A stretch of 64,000 bases of DNA from Candidatus Adlerbacteria bacterium (GTDB taxonomy: Bacteria; Patescibacteriota; Minisyncoccia; Phycocordibacterales; SBAW01). The position numbers and the translations under genes were made by a program. Shown one piece after another: positions 50,031 through 59,581 of this stretch. Every line of letters starts with the position of its first letter. Positions within the stretch are counted from its first letter, which is position 1. The DNA is taken from NCBI GenBank assembly GCA_903878285.1, contig CAIRHB010000002.1, positions 808 through 64,807 of the forward strand. The letters are read 5' to 3'. The notes beneath the pieces were generated by a model. The model did not search any database and had not been told where the DNA came from. It saw nothing but the letters and a program-made list of their open reading frames with translations.

Positions 50031-50242
50031 ATAATTGAACCTCTGACATGGTTATTATACACCTAGACTCAAAGAATCACCTGCAATCTCATGCTGCTAG
50101 GCGCAGCACGAGGACTCCGTATGGCGGTGGGGTGACAGCTCGCGTTAGAGCGCGGGCAGTTTTGCCACCAGTGCTTCCGTCCCTGTTTGGCACTCAAGTC
50201 GCGTCGTTTTATGTAATTCTAAAGAGGTATATAATTAAAGGC

Positions 50243-51310
50243 ATGTTCAGTAAGACGTGTCAGAAATGCGGAAAGACATTCTATAAAAAGATGAGTACTT
50301 CTATGCGTAATTGGCAAGAAGTGTCTCGGTACTGCTCTAGGAGATGTACAAATGACGCCAAGATAGGAAAACCATCTTGGAATAAGAATACCACTGGTGT
50401 GATGAAAGCAAATGTGACTTCATTCAAAAAAGGCCATGTCACTGTAGTACGACCTGAGAGTATACGTTGTGGCTCTGAAAACAATAGGTGGAAAGGTGGG
50501 AAAGTCTCAAAAGACTGCGCTGTCTGCAAAAAGACATTCGTGGTGGATAGATATAGAACGAAATCAGCAAAAACATGTTCACGGAAGTGTGCTGAAACAT
50601 TTTGCAAAGATCCTGAACAAAGAGAACGAATGAGCAAAATACATCGAGAGAAAATTGCACAAGGAGTTCACAATTCTTTTTGGGGTTATACGAAACTAGT
50701 TGATACATTGCGCCACTGTTCTCTATATAGACAGTGGAGGGAGACAGTCTTTAAAAGAGATGACTATTCTTGCCAAGAATGTGGCAACCGTGGCGGCACT
50801 TTAAACGCAGACCACATCACACCATTTGCATCTATACTTTTTGCTCATGATATAAAATCATTTGACGACGCTAGAAAATGTAAGGAATTATGGAACTTAG
50901 ACAATGGAAGGACGCTCTGTAGGAAATGCCACAAAAAGACTCCAACTTTCGCAAAGAGGTTGGATATAAATAGTTATTGGAATCGTAAAATAAATTATAT
51001 GAAGAAAAATATTACCACGTATCTATCGAAAGAATTTCCTGGTTTCGAAATAAAAGATATTGACAAGCCAATTACGGGAGACAAATTGCAATTGCAGGTG
51101 TTCAGCATAGATTTTAAAAGTGCCCAAACAGATATTCTAACTACTTATGCCGCTGTCACGTCTATAAATAGTCTTTCCCTATTTGATGTGGCACGTGATA
51201 TGAGGGTTGAAATATATCAAGCTCTTGGTCGTGAGCTAGATGACAACAGGGAAACTGATTTCTGGAGTAAAGAGAATCTGGAGCTTGCCCAAAAAAGAGT
51301 GGTTCTTTAA
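50243..51310 (+). CDS. HNH homing-endonuclease-like protein with Zn fingers and NUMOD-like motifs
   Basis: CQKC, YCSRRC, PSWNK, NNRWKGG, VFKRDDYSCQECG..LNADHI..NGRTLCRKCH; AT-rich. Confidence 0.85.
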   Translation: MFSKTCQKCGKTFYKKMSTSMRNWQEVSRYCSRRCTNDAKIGKPSWNKNTTGVMKANVTSFKKGHVTVVRPESIRCGSENNRWKGGKVSKDCAVCKKTFVVDRYRTKSAKTCSRKCAETFCKDPEQRERMSKIHREKIAQGVHNSFWGYTKLVDTLRHCSLYRQWRETVFKRDDYSCQECGNRGGTLNADHITPFASILFAHDIKSFDDARKCKELWNLDNGRTLCRKCHKKTPTFAKRLDINSYWNRKINYMKKNITTYLSKEFPGFEIKDIDKPITGDKLQLQVFSIDFKSAQTDILTTYAAVTSINSLSLFDVARDMRVEIYQALGRELDDNRETDFWSKENLELAQKRVVL

Positions 51311-51364
51311 TTATAAGCGCTCTGACTTCGTCCCCACGGACCACAAAAATAAGGAACGGAGCGA

Positions 51365-53344
51365 CTAAAAATCCACCACCGCTGCTTTCACATCAATCTC
51401 TTGCTTCTTTTTTGGCTGGACGCCGTGGACGAGGAGAATCTGCTCGAACTCCTCGCGCTCGATTGTTTCAACTTCAACAAGGCGATGCGCGATCGCGTCC
51501 AGGAGCTTGCGGCGCTTGGTGATAATATCAAGCGCTTTTTTGTACGCGCCGTCGACAATATGCTTTACTTCCGCATCGATATCAGCAGATACTTTCTCGC
51601 TGTACTCTTTACCTTCGACACCAGCGCCAAACAGTGCGCGACCGCCCTCGCCCTCCAGCGCCACGGTGCCCATTTTGTCCGACATGCCCCAGCGAGTCAC
51701 CATGTTTCGCGCGAGCGAGGTCAATACCTGTAGGTCGTTACTGGGGCCAGTGGTGATGTCGCCAAACACCTCCTTTTCTGCAATATACCCACCAAGCGAC
51801 ATAGCAATGTCATCCAAAAACTCGTTCTTAGACTGCATGCGGCGATCCTCAAACGGGAGCTTGAGCGTATAGCCCGCAGCACGGCCGCGGCTAATGATAG
51901 AAATTTTGTGCACCGGGTCGGCGTACGGCAAGAGCGACGCGACCACCGCGTGCCCCGCCTCGTGGTAGGCGGTAATCTCTTTCTCTTTCGCATTAAGCAC
52001 ATGCGATTTGCGCTCGGGGCCGAGCATCACCTTTTCTATCGAGCGGATGAGGTCAAACTGTGCGACCGTTTTGCGATTTTCTCGCGCAGCGAGGATTGCT
52101 CCCTCGTTCATCAGGTTTGCCAAATCGGCGCCCGAGAAGCCTGGTGTGCGCTCGGCGATGACCTCGAGGTTGACATCTTCGGCGAGCGGCTTTTTGCGCG
52201 CGTGGATGTTGAGTATCTCAACGCGGTCGCCACGGTCGGGCAGCTCGATCGTGACACGGCGGTCGAAGCGCCCGGGGCGCACGAGCGCTGGGTCGAGCAC
52301 GTCGGGGCGGTTGGTTGCGGCCATGACAATCACTTTTTCGTTTGGCTCAAAGCCGTCCATCTCGACCAAAATTTGGTTGAGCGTCTGCTCGCGCTCGTCG
52401 TTGCCGCCGCCCACCCCCGTGCCGCGCACGCGGCCAACGGCGTCGATTTCATCCACAAAGATAATCGCTGGCGCTGCGCGCTTGGCGGTCAAGAAGAGGT
52501 CGCGCACGCGGCTGGCACCAACGCCGACAAACATCTCGACGAACTCCGAGCCAGAAATTGAAAAGAATGGCACGCCCGCCTCGCCTGCCACCGCGCGCGC
52601 GAGCAAGGTCTTCCCTGTCCCCGCCGCACCCATAAGCAGTATGCCCTTCGGGATGCGCGCGCCGATGTCGAGAAACTTCTTTGGATTCTTTAAAAAGTCG
52701 ACAATCTCCAAGAGCTCGACCTTTGCCTCCTTGGCACCCGCAACGTCCTTAAACGTGACACGCTGTGCCGCATCGTCAGGGTCGGTGATGCGTGGCTTGC
52801 TCTGTCCAAACGAGAACGCCTGCATCCCCGCGCCGCGCACCTGTCGCGAAAGGTACCAGATAAAAAAGCCGATCAGCAGGAGTGGCGCAAAGAATGGTGC
52901 GAGCAACGTGAGCCAATACTGCCAGCTGCTTTCGCGCTTGATGTCGATCGAGACTTTGTCGAGCGCATCCTTGGACACTCCGTAGTTAAAGAGCGTCTGC
53001 GAGAGCGCGGTGTCGGGCTCCTTCTTTGCTGTCTTCTCAACTGGGGTGGAACTCGCCTGTGTCGAGGTGGAGACTCCGGCAACATAGGTGATATCGAGGT
53101 CGTCGCCCGAGACGACAATCGTCGAGACTTTTCCTGCTTGGACGTCGGTGGCAAGCTGCGAGATGGGGATATCAACCGGCTTTTGCTGATCGGTCGCGAG
53201 ATAGGTGTACGCACCCGCGAGTAGCAAGAGAATGACAACACTGCTCGCGAGGTTAATCCAAAAGGAGTCGCCGCGCGGCACCTTGGGCGCGGGGGTGGGC
53301 TGGTTCGACCCTTTTTTGTGACGTTTGTTGGTCGGCTCTGGCAC
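51365..53344 (-). CDS. ftsH: ATP-dependent zinc metalloprotease FtsH
   Basis: 2 [29 protein letters not shown]. Confidence 0.97.
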   Translation of the reverse strand: MPEPTNKRHKKGSNQPTPAPKVPRGDSFWINLASSVVILLLLAGAYTYLATDQQKPVDIPISQLATDVQAGKVSTIVVSGDDLDITYVAGVSTSTQASSTPVEKTAKKEPDTALSQTLFNYGVSKDALDKVSIDIKRESSWQYWLTLLAPFFAPLLLIGFFIWYLSRQVRGAGMQAFSFGQSKPRITDPDDAAQRVTFKDVAGAKEAKVELLEIVDFLKNPKKFLDIGARIPKGILLMGAAGTGKTLLARAVAGEAGVPFFSISGSEFVEMFVGVGASRVRDLFLTAKRAAPAIIFVDEIDAVGRVRGTGVGGGNDEREQTLNQILVEMDGFEPNEKVIVMAATNRPDVLDPALVRPGRFDRRVTIELPDRGDRVEILNIHARKKPLAEDVNLEVIAERTPGFSGADLANLMNEGAILAARENRKTVAQFDLIRSIEKVMLGPERKSHVLNAKEKEITAYHEAGHAVVASLLPYADPVHKISIISRGRAAGYTLKLPFEDRRMQSKNEFLDDIAMSLGGYIAEKEVFGDITTGPSNDLQVLTSLARNMVTRWGMSDKMGTVALEGEGGRALFGAGVEGKEYSEKVSADIDAEVKHIVDGAYKKALDIITKRRKLLDAIAHRLVEVETIEREEFEQILLVHGVQPKKKQEIDVKAAVVDF

Positions 53345-53383
53345 AGTGAGAATAGTGTACCATACAATGGTATAGTAATCACC

Positions 53384-53854
53384 GTGAACCTAGTTGAACA
53401 CAAAAAGGCACGGCTCAACTACGAAACACTCGACGAGTTCGAGGCGGGGCTCGAGCTCATAGGCCACGAGGTCAAAGCCCTGCGCGCCAGACATGGGCGG
53501 CTAGAGGGTGCACATATTATTGTCCGCCCGACCTCGGCACGCGCTGCCACCAGCGGCAACGAGGCGTATATTGTGGGGATGTCGATCCCGCCCTACCAAG
53601 CGGCAAATACGCCTGCGAGCTACGACCCCGAGCGCACGCGCCGACTCTTGCTCACCAAAAAAGAGCTTGCTACACTTGCCGAAGTGGAGGGACAGAAAGG
53701 GTTGACAATCGTCCCACTTGCAGTGTATAGTAAAGGCAGCACATTAAAGCTCCGCATGGCAATCGCCCGCGGTCGAAAGCAGTTCGACAAGCGCGCCGTC
53801 CTCAAAGAGCGGGACACCAAGCGCGACATGCGCCGCACCTTGAAAAATCAATAG
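53384..53854 (+). CDS. smpB: SsrA-binding protein SmpB
   Basis: FEAGLELIGHEVKALR, RTRRLLL, GLTIVPL, RGRKQFDKR; next to tmRNA. Confidence 0.95.
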   Translation: MNLVEHKKARLNYETLDEFEAGLELIGHEVKALRARHGRLEGAHIIVRPTSARAATSGNEAYIVGMSIPPYQAANTPASYDPERTRRLLLTKKELATLAEVEGQKGLTIVPLAVYSKGSTLKLRMAIARGRKQFDKRAVLKERDTKRDMRRTLKNQ

Positions 53855-53908
53855 TGTCTGCTGGCATTCATTTTGAGGCGATGATTCGTTGAGAATCGTA
53901 TATTCAGA

Positions 53909-54294
53909 GGGGATGCCAGGCATAGACAATAGAAACAGTTGTGTGACGCGCGCAGTAGAAGCCCAGACCTTCTTAAAAAATCTGGAAACCCTAACTGCAA
54001 AATCGTCAGTTACATCGCCGTACTTTTCGGCGAACGAGTTCGCCTTCGCGTAATCCGCCAACGCCAACTCGCATCCGCTCTGCCACCGCCCGAGGGTAGA
54101 GGTCGGGTGTTATACATCGGGCTTGTGTGGCAGGAGACCGCTTCCCTCTTGTCGCAGACACCGACGAAGCCGCATGGCGTACGTATTTTGAATCTTCTCG
54201 AACGTACGCAGCAAGAAAATTAGAAGATTCTACACTACGTAGAAGCGCACTCGACTCTCTGTTGCACGCGGGTTCGACTCCCGCCATCTCCACC
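53909..54294 (+). ncRNA. ssrA: tmRNA; predicted tag AKSSVTSPYFSANEFAFA
   Basis: GGGGATG/CATCTCC acceptor with G3-U, GGTTCGACTCCC T-arm, TAACT-GCA resume context. Confidence 0.93.
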
Positions 54295-54306
54295 TGTAAA
54301 AACATT

Positions 54307-54337
54307 CGCACCCTGACAAGGGTGCGTTTTGTTTTTT
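54307..54337 (+). terminator. Intrinsic terminator after tmRNA
   Basis: CGCACCCT-GACA-AGGGTGCG + T tract. Confidence 0.8.
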
Positions 54338-54522
54338 AGGTGGAGATGAGAAACGCGCCTACGCGCGTTTCGTGCAGGAGGAGAAACCTGCCCGACGGCA
54401 AGGCGGGGCCGGAGCGTTGCTGCGCACTAGCGCAGCCGCGAGGCGGGGTCGCGACCAAGGCGAGCGACGACGACGCCTTGAGTTGTGACCGACTCCCTAT
54501 TTCCTCTGCTACAATACACAGC

Positions 54523-54858
54523 ATGAAACAAGGGATGCATCATCTGCATGTGCGAAAGCGGTTGTATAGAAACCTCGAGGAGTTTCCGCATCCAAGGCGC
54601 TGGGTGCGCGTGTTTGACTACTTGATGTATGGCGTCTCGATTATCGGCCCCGCCGTGCTGCTGCCGCAGGCGTACCAGCTGTTTGCCTATCGGGATGCAG
54701 AAGGGCTGTCACTCGCTACATGGCTCCTCCTCGGCACCATCAACCTGCTGTGGAGCATCTATGGGCTCATCCACCGCGAGCGACTCATCTTCCTCTCCAG
54801 CTTCCTGATCGCTGTCCTCGACGCGGTGATTGTCTGCGGAATTTTGCTGTATCGGTAA
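54523..54858 (+). CDS. PQ-loop / SemiSWEET-like transporter
   Basis: LLPQ..AEGLS..W..YG; 3 TM. Confidence 0.8.
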   Translation: MKQGMHHLHVRKRLYRNLEEFPHPRRWVRVFDYLMYGVSIIGPAVLLPQAYQLFAYRDAEGLSLATWLLLGTINLLWSIYGLIHRERLIFLSSFLIAVLDAVIVCGILLYR

Positions 54859-54882
54859 AGAAAAGGTACCTGACACCTTTTT
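54859..54882. repeat. 24-bp palindromic repeat, copy 1
   Basis: AGAAAAGGTACCTGACACCTTTTT, identical at 60222-60245. Confidence 0.8.
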
Positions 54883-55099
54883 AGCGAACCAGCAGGAGCT
54901 TCGACGGCGCGTGGTGGCCGCTTACGATGCGCACCTGGGCAGGAGTGACGGACAGTTCGGCCGCAACCAGCTCGACCACACGGTGGTTGGCGCGATTTTG
55001 CTCGGCTGGCTCTTTGACCGAGACAGCAAAGTGCGTGTCGGACAGCTTTTTGACCGATTCGCGCTTAGCATCGGTCGTGACGCGGACATGGATATACAT
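54881..55099 (-). CDS. DUF167 (YggU-like) protein
   Basis: VKEPAEQNRAN..VRIVSGH..K. Confidence 0.88.
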   Translation of the reverse strand: MYIHVRVTTDAKRESVKKLSDTHFAVSVKEPAEQNRANHRVVELVAAELSVTPAQVRIVSGHHAPSKLLLVR

Positions 55100-55168
55100 A
55101 GACCTCTCTACTATACGCGCGCCTAGCGTTTTTGGGCACTATGGTATACTATAGAACACACAATCGCT

Positions 55169-55687
55169 TTGGACACTACTCGCATCAATCAGCAGATCCG
55201 CGCGGCGGAAGTTCGTGTTGTCGGCCCCGAGGGGGAGAATTTTGGCGTGCTGTCCTTGGCGGAGGCGCTTGCGCGAGCGGAGGCAGCGGGGCTCGACCTG
55301 ATCGAGATATCCCCTAACGCTGTCCCCCCGGTTGCAAAAATCATGGAGTATGGTAAATTCCAATACGAACAGGAGAAAAAGCGGCGGGATATCAAGTCGA
55401 AATCCCACGCGACCGAGACAAAGAGCGTCCAGGTCAAGATCGGCACCGGCGAAAACGACCTAAACCTCAAGGCAAAACGGGCAGCCGAGTGGCTGCGCGA
55501 GGGGCATCGGGTCAAGGTGGATCTCTTCCTGTGGGGGCGGTACAAGTATATGGAGTTCGAGTTCCTCAAAGAGCGGCTGGAGCGATTTCTCAAGCTGATC
55601 CCCGAGGAGTACCGCATGGGCGACAGCATCCAAAAGAGCCCCAAAGGACTCACCACCGTTATCGAAAGAGCCGCAAAAAAGAGCTAA
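55169..55687 (+). CDS. infC: Translation initiation factor IF-3 (non-ATG start: TTG 55169 or ATC 55163)
   Basis: RINQQIRAAEVRVV, GLDLIEISPNAVPPVAKIMEYGKFQYE. Confidence 0.95.
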   Translation: MDTTRINQQIRAAEVRVVGPEGENFGVLSLAEALARAEAAGLDLIEISPNAVPPVAKIMEYGKFQYEQEKKRRDIKSKSHATETKSVQVKIGTGENDLNLKAKRAAEWLREGHRVKVDLFLWGRYKYMEFEFLKERLERFLKLIPEEYRMGDSIQKSPKGLTTVIERAAKKS

Positions 55688-55731
55688 AAGAAATAATCCT
55701 TCGACTTCGCTCAGGATAAATTAGGAAATGT

Positions 55732-55932
55732 ATGAAAACAAACAAATCATTTACCAAGCGCCTCAAGCTCACCAGCACGGGCAAGATTGTCGCGCGCAAG
55801 CCGGGCAAAAACCACTTTAACGCAAAGGAGAGCCGCTCGACACAGCTGGACAACAACCGCACGCAGGATTGGGCTGTCACTGCAAAAGTGTCGCAGCGCT
55901 ATATCAAGACCGCATCGCCGTCGAAGCGTTAA
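55732..55932 (+). CDS. rpmI: 50S ribosomal protein L35
   Basis: MKTNKSFTKRLKLTSTGK; infC-rpmI-rplT synteny. Confidence 0.93.
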   Translation: MKTNKSFTKRLKLTSTGKIVARKPGKNHFNAKESRSTQLDNNRTQDWAVTAKVSQRYIKTASPSKR

Positions 55933-55956
55933 TTTATTTATTTTTAATTCACCTGT

Positions 55957-56328
55957 ATGGCACGTGTAAAAGGAGGAGTCAGTGCGATGAAGCGCCGCAA
56001 GAATATTCTTGCGATGACCAAGGGCTACCGGTTTGGCCGCTCGACCAAAACCCGTATGGCGAAGGAGGCGATCTTCCACGCCGGCAAGTACGCCTTCGCA
56101 CACCGCCGCGATAAAAAGAACGACTTCCGCAAGCTGTGGAACGTCCGTATCAACGCAGGGCTCGACACCGCCGGCACCGTCGCCAGCGCCAACCAAAAGC
56201 CGCTTTCCTACTCTCGCCTGATCAACAACCTCAAAAAGGCAAACATCACCCTCAACCGCAAGATGCTCGCCCTCTTGGCAGAGACTCGTCCAGAAACATT
56301 CGTGCGTGTTGTCGAGAAGGTGAAGTAA
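55957..56328 (+). CDS. rplT: 50S ribosomal protein L20
   Basis: MARVKGG..FRKLWNVRINA..LNRKMLA. Confidence 0.97.
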   Translation: MARVKGGVSAMKRRKNILAMTKGYRFGRSTKTRMAKEAIFHAGKYAFAHRRDKKNDFRKLWNVRINAGLDTAGTVASANQKPLSYSRLINNLKKANITLNRKMLALLAETRPETFVRVVEKVK

Positions 56329-56468
56329 AACTGTCCATGTTACACTGTGCAGTATGATTGCTGCAATAAAATTTGCGCCCGCAAAAGAGCAGGCAGATAT
56401 CGAGAAGTTGTACGGCAAACCATCTCATAAAAGCGTGCGTTCGGTACGCGCTCATGTATAAGCTATCC

Positions 56469-57317
56469 TTAGCTAAGCAGAATCACTCCGGCCGTTACAA
56501 GCACTGCTGCTGCAAGCTTTCTGCCAAGATCTCCCCTCTCTTTTAAGAATATAACCGCCAACAAGACGGTAACAATGACCGACGCTTGCCGTATCGTGCC
56601 AACTTGAGCAGTGTTGCCTCCATAGGTAAGCGCCAAAAGATACAGGACGCCCTGCGTAGCACTACAAACAACCAGCGGCAACATTTTTGTAAGGAAATTT
56701 GGCCGAACAAATTGTCTCCATTGCAACAACGCCTTTGGATAAAAAGCCAATATGAAAAATCCACTCAGAAAGTTGGAGAAAGTGCTATACGCAAGGACAT
56801 CATAGTGCTGCACATTCGCCGAGTCCACCACTATCGCCAAACCTCCAAACACAGTCATTGCCAACGTATATAAAAGCCCCATATCAAACCTAAAGCTCTT
56901 CCCCAGTTTCACTACCAGAAAAGTTGCAGCTAGGATTAGAGCAGCGCCGAGCGCATTCCAGCCAGTAAATATTTGATTGAGAAACACAATCGAAGCCACG
57001 ATAGTGATTACCACCCTTAGACCAGACACGATGATTAACTCTGAAGCCTCAACCAGCTGTAATGCTTTAAACAGAAATACTTGGCACAACCCCCACAACA
57101 CTGCCGCAAGAAAGAGCAGGTAGATGTTTCCACTAAAAAAAGAAAAATTGGAACCCTTCAGTAATCCAAAGATAAGAACTAAGAATCCCAACAGGAAATG
57201 AAAGATGACCGTATAGGAATACGGATTACTCGTATCGTCTCGCATCAATACTCTTTGGAGAATTGTAGCCGCTGAGGAGATAAAAACGCTTAACAGTGTG
57301 AGCACAAGCCAACTCAT
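56469..57317 (-). CDS. EamA/DMT family transporter
   Basis: 10 TM, two repeats, IFLKE. Confidence 0.88.
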   Translation of the reverse strand: MSWLVLTLLSVFISSAATILQRVLMRDDTSNPYSYTVIFHFLLGFLVLIFGLLKGSNFSFFSGNIYLLFLAAVLWGLCQVFLFKALQLVEASELIIVSGLRVVITIVASIVFLNQIFTGWNALGAALILAATFLVVKLGKSFRFDMGLLYTLAMTVFGGLAIVVDSANVQHYDVLAYSTFSNFLSGFFILAFYPKALLQWRQFVRPNFLTKMLPLVVCSATQGVLYLLALTYGGNTAQVGTIRQASVIVTVLLAVIFLKERGDLGRKLAAAVLVTAGVILLS

Positions 57318-57338
57318 AAAGTAATTATACTAGTAAGT

Positions 57339-57938
57339 TTAACCCTCCATCGGCTCGAAGTGGAAGGAGGCGCGGTTGATGCGGTCTTTTTTGACCAGCT
57401 CGATAACCTGCTCGACGAGCGCCTTGGGGTCGCTGTCGAAAACGATATGGTCGTTAGGACGATGGCCGTTTTTCAAAATATCTTTAATTACCTCCGCTGT
57501 TTCCCACGAGCCCTCGAGCACGCCGATCGGTTTTTTGTCTTCAAATGCGATAGTGAACTCGTGTATCGTGCCGATCCGCCCACAGCCAAAGAGCATGCCG
57601 TCGACCGAGCGCGTAAAGATGAGGTCGCGCCCGGGGTAGCCAAAGCCGGTGTAGACAATTAAATCCATGTACTCGACCGGCAGGTTGTACAGCTCGATAT
57701 GCTCCTTTTCGGAGTTCGCAGGTGAGAAGCCGATCGACAGCCCACCACGCTCCTTGACCCCCATCGCTCCCCACAGCGGGAAGCCGGTCGTCGCGCCCGT
57801 CACGAGCGCAGCACCCTGCTCGGCGATTTGATGTCCAAGCTCAACACCTTGCTCGTACGCATTCGGCCCGCAGTGCCCCGTCTCTGCCGCGCCCGATATG
57901 CCGAGTTTAATCTGCAAGTGTAAATTTTTTGGATTCAT
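57339..57938 (-). CDS. LOG/SLOG-family nucleotide-binding protein
   Basis: VTGATTGFP, GRDLI, GRIGTIHEF. Confidence 0.85.
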   Translation of the reverse strand: MNPKNLHLQIKLGISGAAETGHCGPNAYEQGVELGHQIAEQGAALVTGATTGFPLWGAMGVKERGGLSIGFSPANSEKEHIELYNLPVEYMDLIVYTGFGYPGRDLIFTRSVDGMLFGCGRIGTIHEFTIAFEDKKPIGVLEGSWETAEVIKDILKNGHRPNDHIVFDSDPKALVEQVIELVKKDRINRASFHFEPMEG

Positions 57939-57956
57939 GCACTTCGTATTGTAGCA

Positions 57957-59348
57957 CTAGAACTCAATCACTGCCGACTCGTGTTGCTCGGGGGCGGTGG
58001 CGCGGATGGCGAGATAGTCGCGGATGCGCTGGACGAGGAAGCCGGAGGCAACGGGCTCACCCATCACGACGAACACCTCCCTCAGTGGCGAGGCCTCGGT
58101 CGAAGCACCTGCCACTTGGTTGACAAAGTCAAGCAGTTGCTCGCCATCCATATGTGCCGAGTAGCTGTACATGGTCTCAATGCGGCAGCGCACCGCCACC
58201 GTCTCGCCTTTGATATCCACCTTTTTTGCACCGTCGACCAACTTGCGCCCAAGACTCCCCGCCGCTTGGTAGCCAACAATCAGCAAGGTTGACTGCTCGT
58301 CGGAGAGGATCTCGCGTTCGTGCGCGACCACGCGCCCACCGTTGCTCATGCCAGAGCCCGCGATCAAAATCTTCGCGCCCCTCTCCTGCCGCACCTTCTG
58401 CGACTCACGGACATCGTGCACGAAGTGCAGATTGGGGAACGAGAAGATATGTTCGCCACCTTTGATGCGCGCTTGGATCTCCTCGCTAAAGTACTGCGGG
58501 TGTGCCAAGTAGGCGGCGGTAATCTTCTCTGCGAGCGGCGAGTCGATGTAGACTGGCATCGTGGGAATCTTTTTCTCCAAGACCAGCGAGCGGATCTCAA
58601 ACAAAATATCCTGCGTGCGCTCGGTCGAAAAGGCAGGGATTAGTACAGTGCCGCCCTTGGAGGCTGTTTCGTTGATGATTTTTTCCAATTGATCGCGGCG
58701 ATGTGAGTCATCCTCGCGCGTGCGATCGCCGTAGACGCTCTCCATCACGACATAGTTCGCCCCCGCAGGGATCTCGACCGGCGGCAAGAGCGGCGAGTTG
58801 CCCCCGCCGAGGTCGCCGGTAAACGCCACGGTGCGCACCTGGCCAGCGTCCTCGCGACGAAAAACGGCAATCGCCGAGCCCAAGATATGCCCCGCGTCGT
58901 AGAGCTCGACCGACACACCGTCGCCGAGGTCGACCTTTTGATGATACGGTACCGCCTCCCATTGGCTCATCGCCTGTGCGATATCCGCTTCGCTGTAGAG
59001 CGGGTCTTTGCCGACATGCTCGGCGGTGCGAGCAGACAAATCCATCGCATCAAACAGCAGCGGCTCGGCAAGCGCCTTCGTTGCCTCAGTTGAGATAATC
59101 TTGCCGCGAAAGCCATCGTGCACAAGCTTGGGGATCCGGCCGATGTGGTCAATGTGCGCGTGCGTGTTAATCAACACAGAAATATCGGCAGGGTTGAATT
59201 GAAATGCGTCCCAGTTGCTATCCTCGAACGAGTGCTTGCCTTGAAACAAACCGCAATCGATGAGAATCTTTTTTTCGCCCGTATCTAACAAAAAGTTCGA
59301 ACCCGTCACCGACCCTGCGCCGCCGTAAAAGATGATTTTTGATTGCAT
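57957..59348 (-). CDS. MBL-fold beta-CASP ribonuclease
   Basis: DCGLFQG, THAHIDHIG, AGHILGS, MESVYG, SAHMD. Confidence 0.92.
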   Translation of the reverse strand: MQSKIIFYGGAGSVTGSNFLLDTGEKKILIDCGLFQGKHSFEDSNWDAFQFNPADISVLINTHAHIDHIGRIPKLVHDGFRGKIISTEATKALAEPLLFDAMDLSARTAEHVGKDPLYSEADIAQAMSQWEAVPYHQKVDLGDGVSVELYDAGHILGSAIAVFRREDAGQVRTVAFTGDLGGGNSPLLPPVEIPAGANYVVMESVYGDRTREDDSHRRDQLEKIINETASKGGTVLIPAFSTERTQDILFEIRSLVLEKKIPTMPVYIDSPLAEKITAAYLAHPQYFSEEIQARIKGGEHIFSFPNLHFVHDVRESQKVRQERGAKILIAGSGMSNGGRVVAHEREILSDEQSTLLIVGYQAAGSLGRKLVDGAKKVDIKGETVAVRCRIETMYSYSAHMDGEQLLDFVNQVAGASTEASPLREVFVVMGEPVASGFLVQRIRDYLAIRATAPEQHESAVIEF

Positions 59349-59381
59349 GTACCTAGTATAGCTCCTCGACTCCACTCGGAG

Positions 59382-59416
59382 CAATCAAAAATCCCTCCGA
59401 AGAGGGATTTTTGATT
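59382..59416. terminator. Strong hairpin terminator
   Basis: CAATCAAAAATCCCTC-CGAA-GAGGGATTTTTGATTG. Confidence 0.8.
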
Positions 59417-59534
59417 GGACCACGAAAGCAAGCGTCTTGCTGTATCATAAGTGGGTGTTCTGTGAGCCACACCAAGGTGCTGCCCAACTTCCAAACTCCC
59501 TGCAAAACACTACAGACATTTGCCTTCGTAGTCC
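59417..59534 (-). ncRNA. Candidate 6S-like rod-shaped small RNA
   Basis: 15-bp closing stem, central bubble, apical stems; TGG-TATACT upstream and terminator downstream. Confidence 0.6.
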
Positions 59535-59581
59535 TGCCCCTAGTATACCAAACCAGCAAAAATGGCAAACTCTTGGCGAGT

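Noticed and set aside
50075-51362. Canonical group I/II intron or IscB-omegaRNA
   Set aside because: No P7 R/S consensus, no GUGYG or domain V, no RuvC or PLMP motifs, and no interrupted host gene visible.
51908-52985. 217- and 325-aa plus-strand ORFs
   Set aside because: Antisense shadows of ftsH.
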